Origin: a bacterium | Lineage (GTDB): Bacteria; Hinthialibacterota; Hinthialibacteria; Hinthialibacterales; Hinthialibacteraceae | DNA: 64,000 nt | NCBI GenBank assembly: GCA_963663405.2 | Contig: CAXXSM010000022.1 | Coordinates: 99,785-163,784, forward strand | Direction: 5' to 3' | Shown: positions 38,386 through 48,199 of the stretch, in pieces | How the letters are laid out: each line of letters begins with the position of its first letter | Position numbering within the stretch: position 1 is the first letter of the stretch | The notes under the pieces: model-generated | Told to the model about the DNA's origin: nothing | What the model saw: the letters and a program-made list of their open reading frames with translations, nothing else | The model's database searches: none | Position numbers and translations under genes: made by a program

Positions 38386-38467
38386 CAAGGGGAAGACTTA
38401 TTCTCTCCTTGCATAATTTCCGGAACGTAGCGCCAGGGCAGATGAAAAACCTTGCCCTGGCCACCCG
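38386..38467. repeat. Repeat family A, copy 2
   Basis: CAAGGGGAAG..CTCCTTG-CATAATTTCCGGAACGTAG-CGCCAGGGCAG..CCTTGCCCTGGCCACCCG. Confidence 0.8.
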
Positions 38468-38485
38468 TCGAAAGTATATGTTTTT

Positions 38486-38613
38486 CCTTCAGCCTTCAGT
38501 CTTCAACCTAATCCCCTAATAAACGTCTTTCCTTCAGTCTTCAGCCTTCAACCTAATCCCCTAATAAACGTCTTTCCTTCAGTCTTCAGCCTTCAACCTA
38601 ATCCCCTAATAAA
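38486..38613. repeat. 45-bp tandem repeat, ~2.8 copies
   Basis: Unit CCTTCAGTCTTCAGCCTTCAACCTAATCCCCTAATAAACGTCTTT starting at 38486, 38531 and 38576. Confidence 0.95.
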
Positions 38614-40892
38614 TAGTAGGTTTGATTGGCTTTCAGCCGGGCTTGGATGACGCCGTTTACGTTTTTGATTAGACGAACTTTCTTACCTTCTTCATCCACC
38701 AACGAGCATTGAGGCCAGGGAGGAAGCCATTGGCAATCTCCTCCCACCTCACTATAAATCGTCGCATCAGATACTTCACCGCTGACGAGTTGGGCGGAAA
38801 CAAGAAATCCACCTTTCGCGCGCAGTGTGTTAAATGCCGCGTCTTTCTCATGAGGCCATGCGGGGAAGAAGCGGATGATCCCATCCACGCTCTGCATCAG
38901 CAGTTCCGATACCCCCGCGGCGGCGCCGAACATCTCCGTGTAATGCCCGAATTCATTGAACCGGTGGGCGCCCTCGATACGGTTCAGGGTCAATGTGCCA
39001 TTGGGGCGCTGCCGCGCCTGGGCTTCGCGTTTCAAGTGTTCGAACGCGTCCGGCATACTCAGCCGCGCGCGGGCGATGGAGTTGATGACCGTATCATTGT
39101 TTCCATTCGATCGCATCCCCGCGATTGTGCGCTGAAAGATCTGTTTCTGTTTTTTCGATGAGAAGAACGAAAGGTGTTCACCGGGGAAGATCACGGTTGA
39201 GGGAATGGGGATATTGTATTCAATCGGTGGCGCGCCCGCCACATCAACGATAATGGGCTCGTCTTCGCCATATGTGGGATATGGCGGTAATAATTTCAGG
39301 GCTTTTTCCCAGGTTTGCCGTTCATCCCGGTCCACGTGGAGAATCTTGGACGCCTGAATCGCGGCGTTAAGATTGAATGCGATCAACGCCGTGTCGAACG
39401 CGCAGTTGCGGTTGCGGGATAACTGAGGCGCCCAACCACTCCAGTGCTCCGGCGAGACCGTTGGTGGATACGAATACCCATCGTTTTCTTTGAATCGCTC
39501 TAACAACCGGGTGTAAAACCGGGCGGTTTCTTTCACTACGGGATACACCGTTTTCCGTAAAAAGAATGGATTGGGCGCATATTCGTAACTCCACCATAAA
39601 TTCTGGACCGTGAACGCCGTCACACCCAACGTGTATCCCCATTGAATGTGGAGGTATTGGCGTTTGTTTACACTGACGCATTTCTCCGGCGGGGGCTCAT
39701 ACGCGAAAATCACATGCGGGTAAAACGCGCCTTTAACATCGTAGATCTCCTTGGCCAACCATTGCGCGCGCGGGAGATAATCCACAACTATCCGGTTGTA
39801 CGGTTCCATCCATTCTGGATGATTGTTCTCCAAGACCGCCCAGAATGTCTGCTGGATGTTGTAATTCGTGTGATAATCGCCATGCCACGCGGGACGGTTG
39901 GTTGTCAGTGGGGCGAACAATCCTGGCGCCTGTTTCTCTGGGCGGATTGAGATCGCGGTAAAATACATCTGCCGGTACCACAACGATTCCAAATAAGAAT
40001 CTGACAACGAAATCGCCGAATCCGCCCAATAGCGTTCCCACCACGCCCCATGTTCTTCTAATGACTGCTCGATTGGGATCTTCGCTTGAGCGGTTAGCGC
40101 CCTTTGCGCGGATTGGAGAGGATCGGTTTGTTCCCGGCTGGTCACGACACTAACGAGGGAACCATCCTTCATTGGCCGCAGCGCGGCGGCGAAAAGCATT
40201 CCCGGCGCGTCTTCATCACCAGGGATTATTTGTGTGATCCACTGCGCAGAACCGTTGGCTCCCGATATGGGTGGAGGAAGAATATCGGGATCGAGAATCG
40301 GTTCCAACACCGCCTTGGGCGTTTCCATATCTGTACATTGAATCATAAAAATATTGCTGTCAGCGAGTATCAATAGACGCATGATCCCCCCACTGGCGAA
40401 ATTAATTTCCGCGATCCCTTCTGATAAGCGTACCCGCGCTGATGTGATTTTCTTTTCAAACGAAGGAATCGTAAGACGAATCCGCGCGGCCATCCTAGGG
40501 CAGGGATAGGGATTACGGTGATAGGAATCATCATTGGGGGCGTGTTTCTTGAATAGATCGTTCAACGCTTCCTGGGGTGGTTTCCCATCGGCGCCTTCGT
40601 TCGCGATCTGGATAATGTCCTTCAGTGGAACTAATGGCGCGTCGTGTTCGGTCTCCAACCGGCAGTCCCAGATATCATTTTTTGAAAGATAGATGATTAG
40701 GTCATCATCAATCCGTTCGACGGCTCCCATCAAATCCCCATTACCGATCAAAAGATGGGTATCGAGTCCTTTATTAATATCTCTTAGGAGAATATCCGAC
40801 CGGGACAAACCGCTTTCATATCCCGAAACGGAACAAACAGCCTGCGTTAAAATAAACGCCGTCACAATGAGAACCAATCGTTGGGTGTACAT
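38598..40892 (-). CDS. GH95-like glycoside hydrolase
   Basis: IGNGD, WHGDYHTNYNIQ, VSPEH, LMQS...FPAWP, LRAKGGFLVSA. Confidence 0.8.
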   Translation of the reverse strand: MYTQRLVLIVTAFILTQAVCSVSGYESGLSRSDILLRDINKGLDTHLLIGNGDLMGAVERIDDDLIIYLSKNDIWDCRLETEHDAPLVPLKDIIQIANEGADGKPPQEALNDLFKKHAPNDDSYHRNPYPCPRMAARIRLTIPSFEKKITSARVRLSEGIAEINFASGGIMRLLILADSNIFMIQCTDMETPKAVLEPILDPDILPPPISGANGSAQWITQIIPGDEDAPGMLFAAALRPMKDGSLVSVVTSREQTDPLQSAQRALTAQAKIPIEQSLEEHGAWWERYWADSAISLSDSYLESLWYRQMYFTAISIRPEKQAPGLFAPLTTNRPAWHGDYHTNYNIQQTFWAVLENNHPEWMEPYNRIVVDYLPRAQWLAKEIYDVKGAFYPHVIFAYEPPPEKCVSVNKRQYLHIQWGYTLGVTAFTVQNLWWSYEYAPNPFFLRKTVYPVVKETARFYTRLLERFKENDGYSYPPTVSPEHWSGWAPQLSRNRNCAFDTALIAFNLNAAIQASKILHVDRDERQTWEKALKLLPPYPTYGEDEPIIVDVAGAPPIEYNIPIPSTVIFPGEHLSFFSSKKQKQIFQRTIAGMRSNGNNDTVINSIARARLSMPDAFEHLKREAQARQRPNGTLTLNRIEGAHRFNEFGHYTEMFGAAAGVSELLMQSVDGIIRFFPAWPHEKDAAFNTLRAKGGFLVSAQLVSGEVSDATIYSEVGGDCQWLPPWPQCSLVDEEGKKVRLIKNVNGVIQARLKANQTYYLLGD

Positions 40893-41064
40893 AATCCTGC
40901 TCCTTCTTAGCGCGCGTATAATGATTGAAAAGATTTCTGAGTATGACTCCAGCGCGTTCCCTTAACCAATAAAACTTCACCGTGTATCTTACCAGAAGGA
41001 ACTTCGCAGGATAGAGACCATAGCCGATCGATTCCGTGAGGCGTTTCATTGCTGGAGGACAAAA

Positions 41065-42798
41065 ATGAACCAAGCGTATTGCGCCCGTCTATACTCCGCC
41101 ACACTATTATTGCTGTTTCTTATTTCATGCGATTCGGGAGTACAAATCGCCGATCTGGTTCTTGTGAATGGCAATATCATCACTTTAGATGAAGACAAAC
41201 CTACATGTGACGCGCTTGCGATTCATGGAGACCGGATCATCGCCAACTGCGATAAAGAAGAGATCAAAGCCTATATAGGCCGCAACACACAATATGTTGA
41301 CCTGAAAGGGAAAACCGCGGTTCCCGGATTGATTGACGCGCACGCGCATTTCACCGGCGTCGGCCGTTCCAAAATGATCCTCAATTTGACCAAAGCCGCA
41401 AACTGGGGAGAAATCCTCGATCTCGTGATGGATAAAAGCATTAACGCGGAACCAGATCAATGGATTATTGGACGCGGCTGGCATCAAGAGAAGTGGGATC
41501 AGGCGCCTGCTTCAAACGTGGATGGCTATCCCACACATGACACACTCAGCGCAATCTCCCCAAACAATCCCGTTCTATTGACACACGCCAGTGGGCATAT
41601 GGTGATAGCCAACGAACGCGCCATGAAACTGGCGGGTGTCACGGTGGAGACTCCCAACCCACCGGGTGGAGAGATTGTCAAAGATGAACATGGCGATCCC
41701 ATCGGCGTTTTTCGCGAAGCGGCCCAAAGTTTAATCCAAAACGCGTACAATCAATCCCGCGAGAATATGACGGCCAATGAACTTCGGAACGAAATGGTCA
41801 AACAGATCAATGAGGCGATGTATGAATGTCTATCCAAAGGACTCACCACCATCCATGACGCCGGATCCCCCTATGAAACCATCAGTTTGTTCAAATTGTT
41901 AGCGGAGACAAATCAACTTAAAATTCGTTTATGGGTAATGACAAGCGACAGCAACGAGCGGCTGCAAAAGAACATCCCCTACTACAATGAGCTAAATGAA
42001 AAGAATGACTATCTGAAAGTGCGGGGAGTGAAACGCTTCATGGACGGCGCGCTTGGCGCGCATGGCGCATGGCTATTGGAACCATATAACGATCTTCCCG
42101 ATAGTTCCGGTCTTAATACAATCTCTTTGGATGAATTCCGCGAAACCGCACGGATCGCTATCGAGAACGATTTTCAACTCTGTACACACGCTATCGGAGA
42201 CCGCGCCAACCGCGAAGTCCTCGATGTGTATGAAGCCGCATTCAAAAGTCACCCCCGCAAAAAAGACCTGCGCTGGCGAATCGAACACGCCCAGCATCTC
42301 AACCCAATCGATATTCCCCGCTTCGGCCAATTGGGCGTCATCGCTTCTATGCAGACTTGTCATTGCGTATCAGACGCGCCGTACGTGATTCAGCGGTTGG
42401 GGAACGAACGGGCGGAACATGGCGCGTACGTCTGGCGAAGCCTCATGGACACAAATGCTTTGATCTGCAATGGCACGGACGCGCCCGTCGAGGACATCGA
42501 TCCTATCCGCAATTTCCACGCGGCGGTGACGCGGCGGCTTAAAGACGGTTCCACGTTTTTCCCCAAACAGAAAATGATCCGCATGGAAGCGCTTCGATCG
42601 TGCACAATCGACGCCGCGTACGCCGCGTTTGAAGAAGATCGGAAAGGAACTCTCTCCCCCGGCAAACTGGCCGACATTACGGTTTTATCCCAAGACATTC
42701 TCACGATCCCCGAATCGTCTATACTTCAAACCACGGTCGAATACACTATTGTTGGTGGTGTGATACGATACGAACGGGGAACGGATGACGCCGGTTAA
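41065..42798 (+). CDS. Amidohydrolase 3 family (YtcJ-like), probable lipoprotein
   Basis: PGLIDAHAH, HAIGDRAN, RIEHAQ, GTDAPVE, GKLADI; lipobox LISC. Confidence 0.92.
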   Translation: MNQAYCARLYSATLLLLFLISCDSGVQIADLVLVNGNIITLDEDKPTCDALAIHGDRIIANCDKEEIKAYIGRNTQYVDLKGKTAVPGLIDAHAHFTGVGRSKMILNLTKAANWGEILDLVMDKSINAEPDQWIIGRGWHQEKWDQAPASNVDGYPTHDTLSAISPNNPVLLTHASGHMVIANERAMKLAGVTVETPNPPGGEIVKDEHGDPIGVFREAAQSLIQNAYNQSRENMTANELRNEMVKQINEAMYECLSKGLTTIHDAGSPYETISLFKLLAETNQLKIRLWVMTSDSNERLQKNIPYYNELNEKNDYLKVRGVKRFMDGALGAHGAWLLEPYNDLPDSSGLNTISLDEFRETARIAIENDFQLCTHAIGDRANREVLDVYEAAFKSHPRKKDLRWRIEHAQHLNPIDIPRFGQLGVIASMQTCHCVSDAPYVIQRLGNERAEHGAYVWRSLMDTNALICNGTDAPVEDIDPIRNFHAAVTRRLKDGSTFFPKQKMIRMEALRSCTIDAAYAAFEEDRKGTLSPGKLADITVLSQDILTIPESSILQTTVEYTIVGGVIRYERGTDDAG

Positions 42799-42855
42799 CC
42801 GGCGCAATTCGCGGTTTTGACGTGGGAATGTCAAAGACGGATGGAGATGATCCTT

Positions 42856-44505
42856 ATGGATAAATCATTGAATATACTGATGGCCGCCAGCGAAAACGGC
42901 TGGATCCCCGGCGCCAAAGCGGGTGGAATCGGCGATGTTGTGCGGGACGTTCCGATCGCGCTCGCTGAAGAAAACCACCGTGTCACAATTGTTCTCCCTT
43001 CCTATGGGTTTTTACATAAAGAAGACAATGGAAGAAAAAGTCAGTTGATCGAGACGATCATTTTCGAATTTGACGGCGAATCAGAGAAAGCGGATATTTA
43101 TGAAATCACGGTTGACAAGAAACCCGCTCATCCGAACATTAAACACCTTGTGATCGATCACCCGCGTTTTCTCATCATCGATCCAAATAAAGGAAAGTGT
43201 GATTATTCAATCTATTACAACGATCCGCCGGATGAACCGTTCGCGACCGACGCCCTTAAATTTTCATTTTTCTGTTTAACCTTAGCGGAAGCGATCAAGC
43301 AAAATCCGAAGGATCTTTTCTCTTCGATTGATTGTCTTCACTTGCACGATTGGCATGTGGCCTATCTGCTGATCCTGCGCAAGTACCATGAACACTATAA
43401 AGATTTGCAGGCCATCAAACGAACGGTCTTTACGATTCACAACCTCGCCTATCAAGGAATCCGCCCGTTTAAAAACCATCCTTCTTCTTTGGAACTCATG
43501 TATCCAGGGATGACATACAACACTCTCGAGTTGGCTGATCCTCGATGGCTGGACAGTTTTAATCCAATGGCGGCGGGCATCCGGCTCTCGGACGCTGTCC
43601 ATACGGTTTCTCCATCCTACGCGGAAGAAATCACCAAAGCGAGTATCGCCACAGAAACAGAGCGCTACTTTGGCGGGGAAGGATTGGAAGAGTCCATACG
43701 AGCAGCGAAGATGGAAGGCCGCCTTTTTGGCATTCTGAATGGATGCGAATATCCAACGGCGGCGCCTGCCCAACCGGAACGCTTTCCAGATTGGATTCAT
43801 TTTTTAAAACAGATGATGATCCGCTGGATGGCGCCGGAAAAACACCTTCCTACCGCGCATTACATCGCGCATACCCGCTTGTCGGAAATCGATACAGGCG
43901 CGAAGCCGGATATCATCCTAACCAGCGTGAGCCGGGTCACAGAACAGAAAATGCTCCTGCTGAAACACACGAGGGAAGTGGCGCCTGGAGTCTATCAATC
44001 AACGCTGCAATCGCTTTTAGAAGAACTTGGAGACCGGGGATTGTATATCCTGCTTGGCACTGGGACGGAAGAATATGAACAGTTTTTCATCCAAATGAGT
44101 TTTGAACATAAGAATTTTATCTTTCTCTGTGGGTATTCCGACGGCTACGCGGCTTCGCTTTATGAGAATGGGGATCTGTTTATTATGCCGAGTTCCTTCG
44201 AACCCTGCGGCATCAGCCAAATGATCGCCATGCGCGCAGGGCAGCCCTGCGTCGTTCATAATGTGGGTGGTTTAAAAGACACAGTTCGCGACAAGGAAAA
44301 TGGTTTCGTTTTCGAAGGCGGTGGATTGAATCTCGACACGCAGGCGGAGAATTTCCTTCAAAAATGCAAAGAGGCGATCGATATAAAATCAAATGATCCA
44401 ACGCAGTGGAACACAATCCGCCAAAACGCATTGAATGCGCGTTTTATGTGGAAAGATTCAATTCAGCAGTATGTTGAGAAACTTTATAGTTCTCCCTTAA
44501 GTTAA
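42856..44505 (+). CDS. glgA: Glycogen/starch synthase (GT5)
   Basis: KAGGIGDV, HLHDWH, FTIHNLAYQG, TVSPSYAEEI, MPSSFEPCGISQ, VGGLKDTV. Confidence 0.92.
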   Translation: MDKSLNILMAASENGWIPGAKAGGIGDVVRDVPIALAEENHRVTIVLPSYGFLHKEDNGRKSQLIETIIFEFDGESEKADIYEITVDKKPAHPNIKHLVIDHPRFLIIDPNKGKCDYSIYYNDPPDEPFATDALKFSFFCLTLAEAIKQNPKDLFSSIDCLHLHDWHVAYLLILRKYHEHYKDLQAIKRTVFTIHNLAYQGIRPFKNHPSSLELMYPGMTYNTLELADPRWLDSFNPMAAGIRLSDAVHTVSPSYAEEITKASIATETERYFGGEGLEESIRAAKMEGRLFGILNGCEYPTAAPAQPERFPDWIHFLKQMMIRWMAPEKHLPTAHYIAHTRLSEIDTGAKPDIILTSVSRVTEQKMLLLKHTREVAPGVYQSTLQSLLEELGDRGLYILLGTGTEEYEQFFIQMSFEHKNFIFLCGYSDGYAASLYENGDLFIMPSSFEPCGISQMIAMRAGQPCVVHNVGGLKDTVRDKENGFVFEGGGLNLDTQAENFLQKCKEAIDIKSNDPTQWNTIRQNALNARFMWKDSIQQYVEKLYSSPLS

Positions 44506-44555
44506 AAATTATGTTTTTAAGATTGAATTTAAGCAGGAAAATTTATGCGAAGTTA

Positions 44556-45089
44556 TTAAAGAAAATAGGCATGTCTTAATTGATTTTTTTCTTTACGGGC
44601 AAAATCGTCTACTGCCATCTTTCTTGAGTATATATATGCGATTCTGATAAATCGGTTGATATTGCCAGTGATTTGAAGAAACAATAAAACAGCGAAACCA
44701 CTCGGTGTACCCCAGCGGATATAGTATAATAGCGCTTTTATTATTTGGTTTCTTGTATCATCAATATCTTTTGCCAAAGGCGTATTATTGATATTTAATT
44801 CATCTTTCTCTATGGACAAATGGCGCTGTATCCAAATATACAGAATTGAAAAACCATTCATTCCGTCAATTAACCGCAATAGTCCATTCATCGCATTTTC
44901 TGCTTGTTGATAGGCTGGATCATTAAAGGCGTTTTCTCTATATGCTGCGTCAAATAAATCCGCGCGCGCTGAAAATACTTTTTGCCTGGTCCACGTCGCA
45001 AGTGACAATCTCCACGCTTTAATCGACAAAAAGAATAAACAAAAAGAAAAGAATGTAATATATCCTGTGAAGACAACATCTATGCCCAT
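44556..45089 (-). CDS. AT-rich hypothetical membrane protein
   Basis: GAAGGAG RBS; N-terminal TM helix. Confidence 0.6.
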   Translation of the reverse strand: MGIDVVFTGYITFFSFCLFFLSIKAWRLSLATWTRQKVFSARADLFDAAYRENAFNDPAYQQAENAMNGLLRLIDGMNGFSILYIWIQRHLSIEKDELNINNTPLAKDIDDTRNQIIKALLYYIRWGTPSGFAVLLFLQITGNINRFIRIAYIYSRKMAVDDFARKEKNQLRHAYFL

Positions 45090-45154
45090 TTTATTCTCCT
45101 TCTTCATCACTTGGAGCGGTTCCGTCGTACAGAGTATAAATCAACAGCTGGATA

Positions 45155-45236
45155 GCAAGGGGAAGGCTTTTTCCTCCCCTTGCATAATTTCCGGAACGTA
45201 GCCAGGGCAGAAAAAAAAGCCTTGCCCTGGGCACCC
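45155..45236. repeat. Repeat family A, copy 3
   Basis: GCAAGGGGAAGG..CCTCCCCTTGC-ATAATTTCCGGAACGTAG-CCAGGGCAG-A8-GCCTTGCCCTGGGCACCC. Confidence 0.8.
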
Positions 45237-45293
45237 ACTCAATATTAATAAAAAGAGGAGCCTTTCCCTCATTGGATATTGTATCGCAAAAAA

Positions 45294-46283
45294 TCATAAT
45301 TGCCGTATCAGCAATCGTTTCTCAAAAAACGCCAACAAACCCGGCAAATCAATCTCATGCCCACCAGCATGAACATCCAACTCTACATGACCGATCGCGC
45401 CGAAATCGGAATAGATTTCTTTGATTTCTTCTAAGGCTTTCCGGGCAAGAGGGACGGTAAACATTTTGGGGCTTTCTTGAAGGCCGTTTTGACATTGGAG
45501 GAAACGTGGGGCGGTGAGTGAATAGATATCCGCGAAATCCACTAACTCCCGCAGGCCATCGAATTTCCAGCACATGCAGTGGTTTTCTTCCATCTGATCC
45601 ATGACGGTTAGAAAACCGGAACTGACCGTCGCGGCGATGCGGGTATCCATCGCGCCCAGCCACATCGCCATCTCTCCCCCCAGCGATAAACCCGCGCAAC
45701 CGATCCGGGCGCGATCCACCTGCGGCATGGTCTCCAAATAATCAACGCAGCGCATCACATCCCAAAGACGCTCTCCCATGAGAATGCGTCCGGATTCATA
45801 TACGTTGTGCTGACCGACGTCCATCGAGATCGTCACACAACCACGTGACGCCAAGACGGCGGCAAACGCTTTGTAGATCCCTGGTTCATGCGTGCTGCGC
45901 CGGTTTCCGCCATGTCCGTGAATGCAGACTACAGCTGGGCATGGTTTCTCCACCGAGTCAGGAATTGTCACGATCGCCTTGATCCGGCGGCCCGGTGTGG
46001 AATGGAACGCGATCTCTTTTTCGATGTATCTATCCCGGTGAACTGAGGATAGAATCCCTGTGTGAAATGGGATGGGCTGTTCTCTCGCGATGAGATCGTC
46101 TAGTTTTAATATCGTGAATAGTTTTGAACGGAGCGTGTTCTGCCAAACCCGCGCTTCTTCTTTCGAACGGGAGGTATACTTCATCGAGCGTAATTCGCTT
46201 TTCTTTTCCTGAGCGCCCGACTCAACACACAGTGACGCTAGAACTATTGGTAAACATAAAATCAGATTTCGAACAATTGCCAT
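45294..46283 (-). CDS. Secreted alpha/beta hydrolase (acetylxylan esterase / dienelactone hydrolase-like)
   Basis: PAVVCIHGH, GLSLGG nucleophile elbow, GGHE. Confidence 0.85.
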   Translation of the reverse strand: MAIVRNLILCLPIVLASLCVESGAQEKKSELRSMKYTSRSKEEARVWQNTLRSKLFTILKLDDLIAREQPIPFHTGILSSVHRDRYIEKEIAFHSTPGRRIKAIVTIPDSVEKPCPAVVCIHGHGGNRRSTHEPGIYKAFAAVLASRGCVTISMDVGQHNVYESGRILMGERLWDVMRCVDYLETMPQVDRARIGCAGLSLGGEMAMWLGAMDTRIAATVSSGFLTVMDQMEENHCMCWKFDGLRELVDFADIYSLTAPRFLQCQNGLQESPKMFTVPLARKALEEIKEIYSDFGAIGHVELDVHAGGHEIDLPGLLAFFEKRLLIRQL

Positions 46284-46366
46284 GCTTCGCCTCCTGCAAT
46301 AGATTCTTCTTAAAAAAATGGAAGCGCAGAATCTCTCGCTCCCATTTTTCGCTATTCGATACTGAA

Positions 46367-47872
46367 TTACTCCGGTAATCCGGCCAGCAGTTCCTCACTC
46401 AGAATCGAAGGGCACCAGTATTTTTCAATGTGCTGGACGACCAATTCCGTGCCTTCATCATGGCTGACGTAGGGAGAATCTTTTGGATCGTACATTGTAT
46501 CCGTCAGATCCCGCACTAACACGCAACGCACACCCCATCGTGTCATCTGACGAATCGCGAACGACCGGCCCAAGACGCACATGTTCGTATGTACGCCCAT
46601 AATGAGTAAATTCTCAATCCCTTCCTGGCGCATGAAATTGTAGACTTCATTCCCATTATCGGAGATGCCGTCATATTCACCGATGTGGATATGCGGGCTT
46701 TGCCGCGTCCAGGCGCGATAGCTCTCCTGACCGGTGTCGCATCCTCCGTCGGAATCATCGATCGGGAGTTTATGATCCGGCAGATCCAGCGGTTCCGGCT
46801 TCGGAACATTGGGAGCCATTGTCATCCGCCGCCGCTGGGGCCAATCCGCATAGAAGGAGAGTGTGTCTGACGGGGCGTGGATGATCTGCACTCCTTTAGC
46901 CCGCGCTTTTTGGAGAACACCATCCATCTTTTTCGCGATCGCCTCGCAGCGCTCCGTCGCGCCATCGCACCAATGTTTATCCCACATATCGCATATAAGA
47001 ATTGCGGTTTTCGCGATGGGGAATTCCCGCTCGATATGGACTTCATCCCACACACCGCTTCCCTTGAACGATTCAACCCGGCTGCGGAGACACAAAGAGA
47101 GATCCCCTTCCGGTTTCACCCTTTTCGGGGGAATGGGTAAGGGTTTTATCTTCATTTCTTTCTCAGCGGCCCAGAAGAGCGCATTCGCCAACATCCGGCA
47201 AAACAAGGCGTTTTCAAAATCCTCCACGCCACCAAGCTGTGTGTAAAAAATCCGCTGTCCGTTTAAGACGCGCGTCCATGTCACTGGCTGCTCTTCCTCT
47301 CCCGGAATCGAGCCGGTCATTAACACACGGCAATTTTCCGCGAGCGGAGCGGTTTTATACAGGCTGTATCGGGATGCGATCCGTCCGGTGACGCCGTTGA
47401 GCGTGATGTGATCTTTCACTTCGGATAGAATGGTAACATTCTGTGTCGGCCCATTTCCATAGTGCCCGTTATAGTTCCCACCTAAAATCTCGTGATCGAA
47501 TTCAAGATAGTTCTGAAATCCATGGCTGGCCGTGCGTAACGCAACAATGGGCCGGCCCGATTCGCAGTACTGTTTGACGCGCTCCAGCGGTTCGCCGTCA
47601 ATCGTGAGCCGCCGCGTGAAAAACAGCGCCACATCACAATCTTCCAGCGCTTCCAGTCCGGGCAGTTCCTCAAATCCACGCGCTTGGAGCAGCGTACATT
47701 CCGCGTTGTAGCGGTCTTCCAGATACGTTTTGAATTTCGGCAGGGAAATATCCGATCTATATTCCGCCGAACCTGAGACCAAACATACCTTCAATACTGG
47801 TTCAGCTTCCGCTGTCCACAAAAAACAAGCGCAACAAATACAAACAAACATGAACAATACATATTTTCTCAT
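46367..47872 (-). CDS. Secreted ThuA-like + isochorismatase/nicotinamidase-like fusion
   Basis: N-terminal LRTASHGF / FYTQLG; C-terminal ICDMWDKHWC, MGVHTNMCV, RDLTD. Confidence 0.85.
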   Translation of the reverse strand: MRKYVLFMFVCICCACFLWTAEAEPVLKVCLVSGSAEYRSDISLPKFKTYLEDRYNAECTLLQARGFEELPGLEALEDCDVALFFTRRLTIDGEPLERVKQYCESGRPIVALRTASHGFQNYLEFDHEILGGNYNGHYGNGPTQNVTILSEVKDHITLNGVTGRIASRYSLYKTAPLAENCRVLMTGSIPGEEEQPVTWTRVLNGQRIFYTQLGGVEDFENALFCRMLANALFWAAEKEMKIKPLPIPPKRVKPEGDLSLCLRSRVESFKGSGVWDEVHIEREFPIAKTAILICDMWDKHWCDGATERCEAIAKKMDGVLQKARAKGVQIIHAPSDTLSFYADWPQRRRMTMAPNVPKPEPLDLPDHKLPIDDSDGGCDTGQESYRAWTRQSPHIHIGEYDGISDNGNEVYNFMRQEGIENLLIMGVHTNMCVLGRSFAIRQMTRWGVRCVLVRDLTDTMYDPKDSPYVSHDEGTELVVQHIEKYWCPSILSEELLAGLPE

Positions 47873-47897
47873 TGATTAAACCTCCGTTTGTTGGGAA

Positions 47898-48158
47898 TCA
47901 CACAGTTTCTGGAATAACGTACGGTTCACGGTATTTCCGTTTCAATAATCCATTGGCCTCGTCATCATTGGTAAAACTCTCGGTGACAGAATCGAAAAAG
48001 AGTTTGCGGTGACCGAGCCGGTAGGAGATGTTCCCCAGATGGGCCAGAATCGCGGAGACAGCGCGTTCGGATTTCCCAATGACGAATGAAGCGGCCGTAA
48101 GTCCCGCCACGCTTGTCCCCGTTTGTTGGATAAAACTTCGCCGGTTTTGTTTTGTCAC
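47898..48158 (-). pseudogene. Internally deleted Tat-exported Gfo/Idh/MocA oxidoreductase (86 aa)
   Basis: Tat peptide NRRSFI joined directly to the family's C-terminal HLGNISYRLG...DDEANGLL.R.YREP. Confidence 0.75.
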
Positions 48159-48199
48159 GTTTCTCGTTCCTTCTATATGATTTTAATGTTTCACTCTGA

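Noticed and set aside
38486-38613. 45-bp repeats as a mini CRISPR array
   Set aside because: Units are contiguous and nearly identical with no unique spacers, include a gene end, and no cas genes are present
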